Below are positions 27,700 through 37,104 of a stretch of 64,000 nucleotides of DNA, in pieces. Every line of letters starts with the position of its first letter. Within the stretch, counting starts at the first letter, position 1. Both the position numbers and the translations under genes were made by a program. The stretch is from an uncultured virus (IMG/VR IMGVR_UViG_3300013114_000208) (Duplodnaviria; Heunggongvirae; Uroviricota; Caudoviricetes). The notes beneath the pieces are model-generated. The model saw nothing but the letters and a program-made list of their open reading frames with translations. It had not been told where the DNA came from and made no database searches. The DNA lies in the IMG/VR virus record IMGVR_UViG_3300013114_000208, positions 1 to 64,000 of that record; one strand, 5' to 3'.

Positions 27700-28252
27700 A
27701 GAGTATTTCCGCTATTCTTCTATGGCCTTCTGCTCTTGGGTGGCCTCTAGGACCATGTTCATATTCATATACCCAATTTACTACTGCTTCATCTGGCCAG
27801 CCTATAAAATACTTATCGTCAACTAGTTGCTTAAACTCTGAATCACTATCACTTATGTATTTTTCATTATCAAAACCATTAAACATTATATAAGAAAAAT
27901 TATGCTCTTCAAACCAATCTTGTAAGTCTCTTACATGTACAAAGTATAAATCAAGCAAATATTGCTTGTCTAATTTTTGTAATATTACATCTATTGGGGG
28001 GTTGTCGTTAAATCGTCTGAATGTTGACCACTGTATAATCCAAATTGTAGGCGGGAAGGCTTCAGAAAAACTACCAGTAATAGACCAATAATCTTTTGTT
28101 GTTTGTACTATACCAGCATTATCTTTACCATTTTCACCAAAATTTACTACGTCTAAATTAAGCATCTGTGATAAAATATACGGCCATGCTTCGCTATACG
28201 GTTTATCTAATTCATCTCCGTAAGTAAAACTATCACCATTGGTAAAAATCAT
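27665..28252 (-). CDS. SGNH-like protein (DUF6071-like)
   Basis: NGDSFTYGDEL, N.G..G.DN, IQWS, GHP.AEGH. Confidence 0.75.
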   Translation of the reverse strand: MIFTNGDSFTYGDELDKPYSEAWPYILSQMLNLDVVNFGENGKDNAGIVQTTKDYWSITGSFSEAFPPTIWIIQWSTFRRFNDNPPIDVILQKLDKQYLLDLYFVHVRDLQDWFEEHNFSYIMFNGFDNEKYISDSDSEFKQLVDDKYFIGWPDEAVVNWVYEYEHGPRGHPRAEGHRRIAEILYENIRSKLRFP

Positions 28253-28494
28253 TACATTGTTGGTCGGTATTGATCAGCCATAGTGATGTACCAACAACCT
28301 CCATCATTTGTTGGTTCAAACCTTTTTATATAAGAACTTTTTTCTATCCAAAAAGGGAATTCTTTTGCAATTGCTCCTTTACCAGTAATAACTTTTACTT
28401 TTTTCTCTTTGTCTTTGTGCATATCTCTGAGAAAACTTAATGTTTCGTTGTATGCATCTTGTAAGTTATAACCGTGTAAATCTAATATGTTCAT
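28252..28494 (-). CDS. Standalone Smr/MutS2 C-terminal domain protein
   Basis: LDLHG….A, VITGKG, N.GG. Confidence 0.88.
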   Translation of the reverse strand: MNILDLHGYNLQDAYNETLSFLRDMHKDKEKKVKVITGKGAIAKEFPFWIEKSSYIKRFEPTNDGGCWYITMADQYRPTM

Positions 28495-28697
28495 TTATAT
28501 ATAAATGGATCTTTCTTTTTCAATTCTTTTAAACGTTTACGATATTTAAGTTCTCGTTTAATAGTAAGTATCTTATCCCGTAACCAACGATAACCTTTAC
28601 TAGGTTTGTGTACTATTAAACTTTTTAATTTTTCTTGCACATCACTCTCCGGGTATTGGCCCCACGCTTCCTGTGATAATTTGTTTGGCTTTTTCAT
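28491..28697 (-). CDS. Small basic hypothetical protein
   Basis: C-terminal YRKRLKELKKKDPFIYK; start uncertain, placed at MKKPNK. Confidence 0.6.
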   Translation of the reverse strand: MKKPNKLSQEAWGQYPESDVQEKLKSLIVHKPSKGYRWLRDKILTIKRELKYRKRLKELKKKDPFIYK

Positions 28698-29550
28698 ATA
28701 ACAGTTCCGCGGCATCTTTATGTGCCTGTTCAAGTGGATGTGACGTAGCATATGGATAACCATTTGCTTTTGCCCAATCATCGAACCCCATAAACTCTTT
28801 ATCGCCGGGAAATTTAAACCACTCATCAAATTTTATAAAACTATGTAAGCCATTAGTAAACTTATCTATACTAATAAGGCCTTTCATTACATGTTCATTG
28901 ACATATGTAAACATATATTTAACATTTCTACTCTCTAAAAAGTCTTGTAGCATTAAAATTTTCTGTAGTGATGTATATTTGTCATGCAAATCACTTACAA
29001 CTGTATAATATGATTTTGCATAGTCTACTAACCCTAAATCTTTGTTTATTAAATATCGCTTATGCATATCATCATGTACTTCTTGCCAATTTGGCACACT
29101 TTTGGATACTTTTTTAAACCAATTTGATTTAGTCTCATCCTCACATACATAAGGATCTACAGCAAACCACGGACTATCATACCTTTTTATGTCAAAATTT
29201 ACAGCAATTTCTTGTCTTGCCACAAATGTCCACATTACTTGAACAAATATTTCGTCAGGTTTATAGTTGTGTTCTAATGCTTCATATATTATATTAATAA
29301 TATGCCTAACAATATAGGAATTACTACGGCCACTCTCTCCCGTGTTAATATGTTTTGCATTTAATTTATTTGCTGTTAAATTGGCCCAAGAATGTTTACT
29401 TGCAGCTGCGAATGGCCCTAGCCTTATAGGTTGAGTTGGTCGATGATAGGGTGTGCTGGTGACTACCGGCACGTGCATCGTGCCACAATCATCTGACAAT
29501 TCACTACCAAACGTGAAACTATCACCCCCAGAGATTACTAATGTGATCAT
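28642..29550 (-). CDS. SGNH-like protein (DUF6071-like), paralog 1
   Basis: SGGDSFTFGSEL, RSN, VMWT, HPLEQAH. Confidence 0.8.
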   Translation of the reverse strand: MITLVISGGDSFTFGSELSDDCGTMHVPVVTSTPYHRPTQPIRLGPFAAASKHSWANLTANKLNAKHINTGESGRSNSYIVRHIINIIYEALEHNYKPDEIFVQVMWTFVARQEIAVNFDIKRYDSPWFAVDPYVCEDETKSNWFKKVSKSVPNWQEVHDDMHKRYLINKDLGLVDYAKSYYTVVSDLHDKYTSLQKILMLQDFLESRNVKYMFTYVNEHVMKGLISIDKFTNGLHSFIKFDEWFKFPGDKEFMGFDDWAKANGYPYATSHPLEQAHKDAAELLYEKAKQIITGSVGPIPGE

Positions 29551-30496
29551 ATATTATCTCCGCCGCATCTATATGTGCTTGTTCTAATGGGTGGCCTCCA
29601 GGACCAAATTTATATTTTTTCCTCTTCTTTGTTGGACTTGTGCGTTGTGATCCGGCTGCCCAATTCCAAAAACCAATATAATCTTTTTCTGGGCGTTTAA
29701 ATCCACCATACGATTTTCTATCAAACATTTCCCAAGAAGAAAAACTAAACCACTCATCAAATTTTATTTCTCTACGCAGTTCATCAATAATATCTATAGG
29801 TGTATCTAAATCTGTTGTATATTCATTTTTTACATCTATACCAGTAAGTTGATCTATAACCTCAGAGTGTACATACGTAAACATATATTTAATGTTTCTA
29901 TTCTCTAAAAATTCTTGTAAAAATAAAATTTCTTTAAGAGATATATAATGATCAGTTAACTCTCCAGTAACTTTATAATACTCTTCTATATAATTTGCAA
30001 ACCCTATAAGTTTATTATCAACATCATCTAAAGCACTATGTGGATCTACATTAAACCATGGAGAATCCGGTCTATCATAATATATTGGACCAGTTCCAGG
30101 CTTGCCTGCTTTGCCTCCTCGATCATACTCGTGAAGTAAATTATTAACAAGAACTTCGTGTCTTCCAAGATATGTCCACATTACTTGAACGAATATTTCA
30201 TTAGGTCTATACGGACGAATTCGGCCTGGCCGTCCGAGTATTCCGGAATTAATGTTCTGATTGTAGTGTAATGCTTTAGATACTTCGTGTATGATATGCC
30301 TAGTAATAAAACTATTACTTCGACTAGGCCAAGCAGTATTAATATGTATTGCTTTTAATTTTTGTGCTACTAGATCTGCCCAGGAAAATTTACTTGGCAT
30401 TAGCTGGACAAGCGTCTTTCCAGTTTCATCAATATCTGACAACTCACTGCCAAAGGTAAAACTATCACCACCTGATATTACTAATTTAACAGACAC
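29522..30496 (-). CDS. SGNH-like protein (DUF6071-like), paralog 2
   Basis: SGGDSFTFGSEL, RSN, VMWT, HPLEQAH; DNA-level similarity to paralog 1. Confidence 0.8.
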   Translation of the reverse strand: MSVKLVISGGDSFTFGSELSDIDETGKTLVQLMPSKFSWADLVAQKLKAIHINTAWPSRSNSFITRHIIHEVSKALHYNQNINSGILGRPGRIRPYRPNEIFVQVMWTYLGRHEVLVNNLLHEYDRGGKAGKPGTGPIYYDRPDSPWFNVDPHSALDDVDNKLIGFANYIEEYYKVTGELTDHYISLKEILFLQEFLENRNIKYMFTYVHSEVIDQLTGIDVKNEYTTDLDTPIDIIDELRREIKFDEWFSFSSWEMFDRKSYGGFKRPEKDYIGFWNWAAGSQRTSPTKKRKKYKFGPGGHPLEQAHIDAAEIIYDHISNLWG

Positions 30497-31592
30497 CAGG
30501 CATGGCCTCTATTGACATATTAACAAATTTATCATCATACCAACGATAATTCCATTCTGCATATGCGTCTGATGTTTTTAAACTTTGTACATCTAAAAAG
30601 TTATTTAAAACATACCAAACAATAGGAGTATTCTCCGTATTAAAAGAACGTTCTAAGTCAACTTGTCCTACCTTTGGGTGCCCTAATGTTAATGAAGGAT
30701 CATCTGGATCTAAATTATTACTTCGTAGCCAATCACAAAACTCAATTATTTTTCGTTCTCTCCATTCATGCTCTGAAAAATGTTCATTAGGCGACCAATT
30801 TATATCAAAATCGCCGGCGGCTTTAGTTTGTGTGTATAAAGCAGTTGTTATTTCTCCCAGTGAGCCCGATTCACCTCCTTCGTCATTAAATACTTCCCAA
30901 TGAGTCTTGCCTACTGCTTTATTAACACCTACATATACACCGCCGAAGTTTTTTGTTAGTGCGTGGACACCAAACTCCGTAAAGTCCTCGTCGGAATCTA
31001 AGTTGAATCTAGGAGCGTTTAGCCAACACATTAATTGCGACTTTTGCATCCATTCTGGTGCTTGTACTAACTTACGATTACTTAATGCCCACGTTTCAAA
31101 CTCGTGACATAATAAGTTTAATTGCCTAATATAGTATTTTGTTTCTTTGTCTGCTCTCCAATAATGATACGTCATTGATGTTTTTACGTCACCAGTATCG
31201 TGTCCTTGCAATTCTTCAAACCATCTGTGTAACCAATTAAACCTTTCATGATTAACCATTAGTCCAGGCAAGTCTATACCAACATCTCCATACTGTAAAC
31301 AATTTTCTAAATTGTATTCATCTGTTTCTATTTTATAATCTATATTACTATGTTCGTTTATAAATTTAATTGCGTGATTTATTTCATTTAAAATTACTTC
31401 ACCGTCCCTTTGGCCAAAAATAAATCCCATGAAACAATAGTTTTTTTCTAGTATTAAGTTTTGATTAAGTATGTCGTTTAGTGCAGTTAACCATTTACGT
31501 CCTAAAGGTGTGTCATAAACATCCATGTACACTTCCATAGTGCTAAAATCATCACTACGTAAACGCATTGTTAGTTTATCAAGTATTTTCAT
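30486..31592 (-). CDS. Hypothetical protein associated with the radical SAM cluster
   Basis: 368 aa, coupled on both sides; NWLHRWFEEL, LNLLCHEFE, VGKT.WEVFNDE. Confidence 0.8.
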   Translation of the reverse strand: MKILDKLTMRLRSDDFSTMEVYMDVYDTPLGRKWLTALNDILNQNLILEKNYCFMGFIFGQRDGEVILNEINHAIKFINEHSNIDYKIETDEYNLENCLQYGDVGIDLPGLMVNHERFNWLHRWFEELQGHDTGDVKTSMTYHYWRADKETKYYIRQLNLLCHEFETWALSNRKLVQAPEWMQKSQLMCWLNAPRFNLDSDEDFTEFGVHALTKNFGGVYVGVNKAVGKTHWEVFNDEGGESGSLGEITTALYTQTKAAGDFDINWSPNEHFSEHEWRERKIIEFCDWLRSNNLDPDDPSLTLGHPKVGQVDLERSFNTENTPIVWYVLNNFLDVQSLKTSDAYAEWNYRWYDDKFVNMSIEAMPGVC

Positions 31593-32029
31593 GTTAACCT
31601 TTTTTTAATTTTAGCACTAACAGCACCCATGTCTACCTTTCCTTGCCCTTTGGGTTTTATCCAACCCATTACTTTACCCATCTCTTTAATTGTTTTTGCG
31701 CCAGTTTCCTTAAAGGCTTCGTCTATTAACGCATCTACTTCTGCTTCGCTTAATTGTTTAGGCAAATATTCCTCTATTACTACCAAAGTAGACTCTTCTT
31801 TAGCAACAAGGTCTTGCCTATTACCCTTTGCAAATTGTTCAATGGAGTCTTTGCCTTGTTTTACCATTTTTTCAATGACACTTATTACTCCTGCTTCGTC
31901 TAACTCAGCACGATCATCAACTTCACGTCTTTGAATAGCGGCACGTAGCAAACGGATTGCTTCCAACCTTTGCTTGTCCTTTGAACGCATTGCGTCCTTC
32001 ATGTCTTGCGTAATTTTATCTTTAAGCAT
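31589..32029 (-). CDS. yqeY: GatB/YqeY domain protein
   Basis: DMKDAMRSKDK.RL..IR…KQ.KDSIEQF..GNRQDL..KE…YLP.QLSE…MGKVMG. Confidence 0.92.
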   Translation of the reverse strand: MLKDKITQDMKDAMRSKDKQRLEAIRLLRAAIQRREVDDRAELDEAGVISVIEKMVKQGKDSIEQFAKGNRQDLVAKEESTLVVIEEYLPKQLSEAEVDALIDEAFKETGAKTIKEMGKVMGWIKPKGQGKVDMGAVSAKIKKRLT

Positions 32030-32432
32030 CTAGTAAATCTAGTATTCGTTTTGACAAATACGCGGCATTTATTGCACCTGCTTTGCCAATAGACATACAT
32101 GCAACTGGTACACCCTTTGGCATTTGTGAAATACTTAACAAACTATCCATGCCATTTAGTTCGGACGACATGGGTACGCCAATAACTGGCAGACTTGTGT
32201 ATGCGGCGCATACGCCAGGCAATGCGGCCGCCATACCAGCGGCGGCAATAATTATTCTGTTGCCTCTTTCTTCTGCTTCTTCTACCCATTGTTTAACTTT
32301 CTCCGGATCTCTGTGTGCTGATGCTACAATATAGTCAAAGGGTATATCTTCCTCCTCTAAAATATCAACACAGTTGTTCATGCATTCACTATCGGATGGA
32401 CTTCCCATGATAATTCCTACTAATCCTGCCAT
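32022..32432 (-). CDS. purE: N5-CAIR mutase / AIR carboxylase
   Basis: IIMGS.SD, SAHR.P, AG.AAALPG, LPVIGVP, GMDSLLSI.QMP.GVPVA, NAA. Confidence 0.92.
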   Translation of the reverse strand: MAGLVGIIMGSPSDSECMNNCVDILEEEDIPFDYIVASAHRDPEKVKQWVEEAEERGNRIIIAAAGMAAALPGVCAAYTSLPVIGVPMSSELNGMDSLLSISQMPKGVPVACMSIGKAGAINAAYLSKRILDLLDA

Positions 32433-33151
32433 GCTTCTAGCCTCCTTTTAACTTCCTTGTATCCTGCTAACAAGTCACCTTTGTCAAACCTAAACAAATC
32501 TTTGTCAAAGGACTGCATTGTATTAACATCCCATAGACGCATTGTGTCAGGACAAATTTCATCTGCTAAAACTATGTCACCATATTGGTTAATTCCAAAT
32601 TCTAACTTGAAATCTACTAGCACTAATCCCAAAGTGTAAAAAATTGCCTTGAGATACTTATTAACATCTCTAGTCATTGCAGTCATTGCTTTTAATTCTT
32701 TTTCACGAGAAGGTTCTAATGCTGTAATTGCCTCCCATGCTATAGGTGGATCACCTAAATCATCATCTTTAACACAATACTCTACAATAGCATGATTAAG
32801 TTTAGTTCCATTTTCTAAACCATAACGTTTACAAAATGTTCCTGCGGCAACATTACGTACAATTACCTCTATAGGAATTATAGTCACGTGATCAGCAACA
32901 ATTTCTCTGTCACTAATCTTCTCTACATAGTGTGTCGGTACACCTAAATGTTCCATTGCACGTAAAAGTACGTCACTAATCCAACAATTAAGTTCACCTT
33001 TGCCATCAAACTCGCTTTTCTTTTCCGCGTTAAACGCAGTAGCATCATCTTTAAAGTACATAATGACTTGATTACGAAATTGCAACCCTTCGATTGACCA
33101 AATCTTCTTTGCTTTACCTTCGTATAACATATTATTCTTAACGTATTTCAT
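32420..33151 (-). CDS. purC: SAICAR synthetase
   Basis: [53 protein letters not shown]. Confidence 0.95.
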   Translation of the reverse strand: MKYVKNNMLYEGKAKKIWSIEGLQFRNQVIMYFKDDATAFNAEKKSEFDGKGELNCWISDVLLRAMEHLGVPTHYVEKISDREIVADHVTIIPIEVIVRNVAAGTFCKRYGLENGTKLNHAIVEYCVKDDDLGDPPIAWEAITALEPSREKELKAMTAMTRDVNKYLKAIFYTLGLVLVDFKLEFGINQYGDIVLADEICPDTMRLWDVNTMQSFDKDLFRFDKGDLLAGYKEVKRRLEAWQD

Positions 33152-33363
33152 TTTTTTATGTCCTTTCTTCCATACTTTTCTTGGAACTTACTTACTCGTC
33201 CCTCAACTTTTACTTTGCCTGCTCCACCTGTATAGAAAGGGTGACAATTAGAGCATACTTCCACGTATAAATCTTTACATAAGGTGGACCTGGTTTCGAA
33301 TTCATTGCCACAATGGCACTTTACTTTTATTACTTCATACTTTGGATGTATATCTTTCTTCAT
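33148..33363 (-). CDS. rpmE: 50S ribosomal protein bL31 (Zn-ribbon type)
   Basis: MKKDIHPKY…CHCGN…[12 protein letters not shown]…GRV.KF..KY; AAGGAAGGTG RBS. Confidence 0.95.
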   Translation of the reverse strand: MKKDIHPKYEVIKVKCHCGNEFETRSTLCKDLYVEVCSNCHPFYTGGAGKVKVEGRVSKFQEKYGRKDIKK

Positions 33364-33374
33364 GTCACCTTCCT

Positions 33375-34430
33375 TTACCTTTCGTCGTATATTGATCCAG
33401 TCTTTTGACCGTTGGTAACACCGTCACATGTATCTGTAATATGTTTAATAATACGATACGGGTCTGCATTACCTGCTGGACGCCTATCTTCCAAGTAACC
33501 GTGCCAATCATTTTGTGTAGTATAAATTGGAATTCGTATACTTGCACCGCGATCACTAACACCATAACTAAATTCATCTATGCTTTGTGTTTCATGTAAC
33601 CCTGTTAAACGTTGGTCGTTGTCTGAACCATACTCTTTGATGCCAATTTCGTGAACCTTTCCTAATGCTTCACACATATTGGTCATTAATTGCTCCGTTC
33701 CATAACTTCTCATGTTATTATTAGAGAAATTTGTATGCATACCTGTGCCATTCCAGTCACCCTTTACAGGTTTAGGTGCAAGGTTAATTGACACGCCATG
33801 TTTTTCAGCAATTTTAATTAAAATATATCTTGCCATCCAAAGGTCATCGCCTGCTTTAACTCCTTTTCCTAAAACTTGGAACTCCCATTGCCCTAAGGCA
33901 ACCTCTGCATTGGTTCCTGTAATGCCAATTTCTGCATTCATACATGCTTCGGTATGTCGGTCAACAATTTCTCTACCAACAACATTGTCACTACCTACAC
34001 CACAGTAGTAATCTCCTTGTGCCCTTGGCTCTCCTTTTTTAGGCCAGCCTAATGGACGTCCATCCTGGTACATAAAGTACTCTTGTTCAAATCCAAACCA
34101 CCAATCGTCACTAACATTCTTAACTGCGTGACGTGTATTACTAGGATGTGCTTTATTTTCTGAGTCTAAAACCTCACACATGACATAAGTTGCACTCATG
34201 TCTTCGCCTGTCATACGTCTTGTTGCATCTGGTCTAATTCTATCAAGCATATAATACTGTGAAACAGGATTTAAAATACAATCTGAACTTCCACCTTCCG
34301 CTTGTTGCGTTGATGAACCATCAAATGACCATCTTACTGCGTTGTTATCAATTTTTACTTTACTTCTTAATGAAGGTTCTGGCGTATAACCATCTAGCCA
34401 GACATACTCAAACTTTTTTCCGTGATTCAT
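33375..34430 (-). CDS. Glutamine synthetase, type II
   Basis: [62 protein letters not shown]; start after the GGAGG RBS. Confidence 0.93.
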   Translation of the reverse strand: MNHGKKFEYVWLDGYTPEPSLRSKVKIDNNAVRWSFDGSSTQQAEGGSSDCILNPVSQYYMLDRIRPDATRRMTGEDMSATYVMCEVLDSENKAHPSNTRHAVKNVSDDWWFGFEQEYFMYQDGRPLGWPKKGEPRAQGDYYCGVGSDNVVGREIVDRHTEACMNAEIGITGTNAEVALGQWEFQVLGKGVKAGDDLWMARYILIKIAEKHGVSINLAPKPVKGDWNGTGMHTNFSNNNMRSYGTEQLMTNMCEALGKVHEIGIKEYGSDNDQRLTGLHETQSIDEFSYGVSDRGASIRIPIYTTQNDWHGYLEDRRPAGNADPYRIIKHITDTCDGVTNGQKTGSIYDER

Positions 34431-35743
34431 AATGCCTCCCACCATGATAATAATTGATCCTTAAGTATATCTTCTAAACGAACTTTATCGTTTCGTATTT
34501 TTTCTATTCTTAATACTCTTTTCTTGCCACCCTTTGCACCCTTTACGTATTCTTCGGGCCATTGTTCCTCGAAGTTGGGTCGATTTTTCATGTTCTCTAG
34601 GACATCTATTAAAGGTTTTTGCTTCCATGTATAAGGTTGACAATATTCTAACAGTTCGTCTATAAAACTATTTAGTATTCCCCTAGGTAATGACATGGGA
34701 GACATGATTATGTCAGGGGTAAATGCAAATGTCACCTTGGCCAACAGTGGAGTATCCAATTCTTTACTCAAGTCAAACATATTTTTTACTTCGTAAAGGC
34801 CCGGAAGGGTTAAAGTGAAGTCCAAACGCATTTGGTTTGGAGTTTTTTGGTGTTCCATTCCTAATTTGTAGTATTCCAACCACGTGTCATAGTGTAAACC
34901 ATCCCTAATGTACTCACCAATGACATTAGTTCCGTCAATTGACGCACAAATTTGCCAATCTCTTATGTTGTCAAGGATGTCTTTAAACAAATGACATCCC
35001 TTGTACTCAATTCTTGACAGGTTTGTGTTGTATCTTGCATAAACTTTTGCTCCGTCACCTAGTTCTATAATTTTTTTCATGTAACGCCAGTGTTCTTCCA
35101 TCATTAATGGCTCTCCACCTACCCAATATATCTCTTCCACACGGTGGTCATTAACTGCGTCACTAAATTCTTGCTCAACTACACTACTTTGGAACTCACT
35201 TATCTTTTTTCTTACGTCCGGTCGCATCCAATTATTAGAAATGTCATTGTAATCTACCATGTCATTGACTTTTTCTTCCGATTCCCACGCACTACTTAAC
35301 ATGTCACCACACATTCGGCACTTAAAGTTACACAAATTACTAAATCGGTAGTCCCAGCTGACAGGTTTCATGGTAGTATAACCCGTGTCATCCGTTTTTT
35401 CCCATATGTCATTGTATTTTTCTTTAAACAAATGCCAAAAGTAGTCCCGGTATACGTCGGTATTGAGTAATTTCTCATTACACACTTGGCATTCGGGTAT
35501 GATGTCACCGTTCATGTGCGCCTTTCTTACTCTTTTCATGTGGTCACTGTTCCAATGTTGCTCTAATGTCATTGGTTTATACGTTCCTGTACCGGAATCA
35601 GTGTCGATATACTGCTTAAAAGCGTTGGCCGGCTCTCTAGACGCACAACATAAGCGTCTTTCGGACTGTGGTGAAATGTAGGTATGCACGAAAGGGGCAA
35701 GACAGAGCGATTTTGGTTTTACGGTTGGTTTTTTGCTTTCCAT
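34427..35743 (-). CDS. Twitch-domain radical SAM protein (#7)
   Basis: CLAPF.H…CC…C.VC; CNFKCRMC; GGEP; YNTN; SIDG; EYIR. Confidence 0.9.
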   Translation of the reverse strand: MESKKPTVKPKSLCLAPFVHTYISPQSERRLCCASREPANAFKQYIDTDSGTGTYKPMTLEQHWNSDHMKRVRKAHMNGDIIPECQVCNEKLLNTDVYRDYFWHLFKEKYNDIWEKTDDTGYTTMKPVSWDYRFSNLCNFKCRMCGDMLSSAWESEEKVNDMVDYNDISNNWMRPDVRKKISEFQSSVVEQEFSDAVNDHRVEEIYWVGGEPLMMEEHWRYMKKIIELGDGAKVYARYNTNLSRIEYKGCHLFKDILDNIRDWQICASIDGTNVIGEYIRDGLHYDTWLEYYKLGMEHQKTPNQMRLDFTLTLPGLYEVKNMFDLSKELDTPLLAKVTFAFTPDIIMSPMSLPRGILNSFIDELLEYCQPYTWKQKPLIDVLENMKNRPNFEEQWPEEYVKGAKGGKKRVLRIEKIRNDKVRLEDILKDQLLSWWEAL

Positions 35744-37104
35744 TTTTCTTTCTGCCCTTGGTGCCTGTAACCCAGAAATTCGCACAATCTGGGGTCGACC
35801 TCCACGAGTTTCTGCCCCCGAATCGCGTCTATTTTGTAAATTACGTCATGCAAATACGCACGTTCATGCTCCAAGTCACTGACTTCATGGTAATACATGT
35901 ACTCTACAATACTTTTAATTACCTTCAAGAACTCATCCCGGTGTTTAAACGCAGTGAGCCTGTCAACCGCGTTCCAATTGTAATGGAGGAGTCCGTAAGC
36001 AATCTCGTCCTTGGCCCAATCGGGTAGAATTGAAATGTTAAAGTGCTCTGGCTGGTGCATGAGATTAAGGTACCAAGTGTCTAAGTTTTCAATGTCCCTG
36101 ATCCACTGCTGGAGATGAATTAGAGACGCAATATTAAACAAAGACAGGGTGGTACAAATCTCAGTCTCCATATTTTCTAATTTATTTGCACACAAGTAAT
36201 TAATGTTGTAATTAACCTCGTCCCACTTGGCGCCAGACCGTTGGTACTCAAACTTCTCCCCAACGTCATCCACAGAAAAGGAAGCCTTGACCCCTTTGAA
36301 ATGAGGCCAAATGTTTTCCAAAGCATGGAGAGGCAACTGCGTACCATTTGTGTTGTAATGAAGGTAGATGCGACCTGCAAAACCATCCCGAACGGCCTGC
36401 TCTAACAACTCAAAGTGCTCGTTAATTAACCAAGGCTCTCCTCCAGTAAACTCTAAATGAACCACTCCCGGCAGAATCTCTTCCAAGTTGCGCCAGAAGC
36501 GATCGTTTGTTCGAGGCCACTGCCCTTGCTTTTGCCACTGGTACGCTTTTAAGTCCTTTATTTCACTCTTTTGAACACCTTCAAACTGAACAGCGACATC
36601 TATTTCATCCTGCGCCCACTTTGAACTACTCATCGGCCCACAAATACGACACTTTAAGTTGCAAATGGTTCCTAGTTTTAAGTCTAAATAAACCAGGTTC
36701 GAGTCATTGACTTCATTTGTAAAAACGTAGTCCAACTCTGGGTATTTTAAACTGAATTGCTCTGCCCAAATTAAACGTTTAGAAGTTATTCCTTGAGACT
36801 CTTCATCCCAACACTTCTTACAGTTAGAAGGCTTTTTACCTTGCAGAAAGTCTGCCCTCATTTGTTTCATATGCTGAGAGTTAAACGCCTCCTTCAGAGT
36901 ACAAGTTGATAAGTTATAAGGATTACGATCTTCATCCAGAACAGGACCTTCCGTCATACAACAAGGCTTTACGTCCCCAATTGCAGACGCTTCTAAATGA
37001 ATAAACGGTAAGTAACACAGAGTAGGAATTGCTTTGAACGCAGGGTTTCGAACACGGTTGAGATCATCCTTAATTGACAAAACTAAACTCCGGAAAGGTT
37101 TCAT
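35719..37104 (-). CDS. Twitch-domain radical SAM protein (#6)
   Basis: CYLPFIH…PCC…CKKC; CNLKCRIC; GGEP; YNTN; start uncertain. Confidence 0.9.
   Translation of the reverse strand: MKPFRSLVLSIKDDLNRVRNPAFKAIPTLCYLPFIHLEASAIGDVKPCCMTEGPVLDEDRNPYNLSTCTLKEAFNSQHMKQMRADFLQGKKPSNCKKCWDEESQGITSKRLIWAEQFSLKYPELDYVFTNEVNDSNLVYLDLKLGTICNLKCRICGPMSSSKWAQDEIDVAVQFEGVQKSEIKDLKAYQWQKQGQWPRTNDRFWRNLEEILPGVVHLEFTGGEPWLINEHFELLEQAVRDGFAGRIYLHYNTNGTQLPLHALENIWPHFKGVKASFSVDDVGEKFEYQRSGAKWDEVNYNINYLCANKLENMETEICTTLSLFNIASLIHLQQWIRDIENLDTWYLNLMHQPEHFNISILPDWAKDEIAYGLLHYNWNAVDRLTAFKHRDEFLKVIKSIVEYMYYHEVSDLEHERAYLHDVIYKIDAIRGQKLVEVDPRLCEFLGYRHQGQKEKWKAKNQP

Noticed and set aside
33365..33577. Alternative-frame ORF overlapping the glutamine synthetase 3' end, and the many antisense ORFs in the track
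   Set aside because: Shadow ORFs of well-supported genes, with no RBS or motifs
31589..34430. Bacterial chromosome or prophage boundary suggested by purC/purE/rpmE/GS
   Set aside because: Gene order is non-bacterial, the genes overlap phage-type neighbours on both sides, and no integrase or att site is visible
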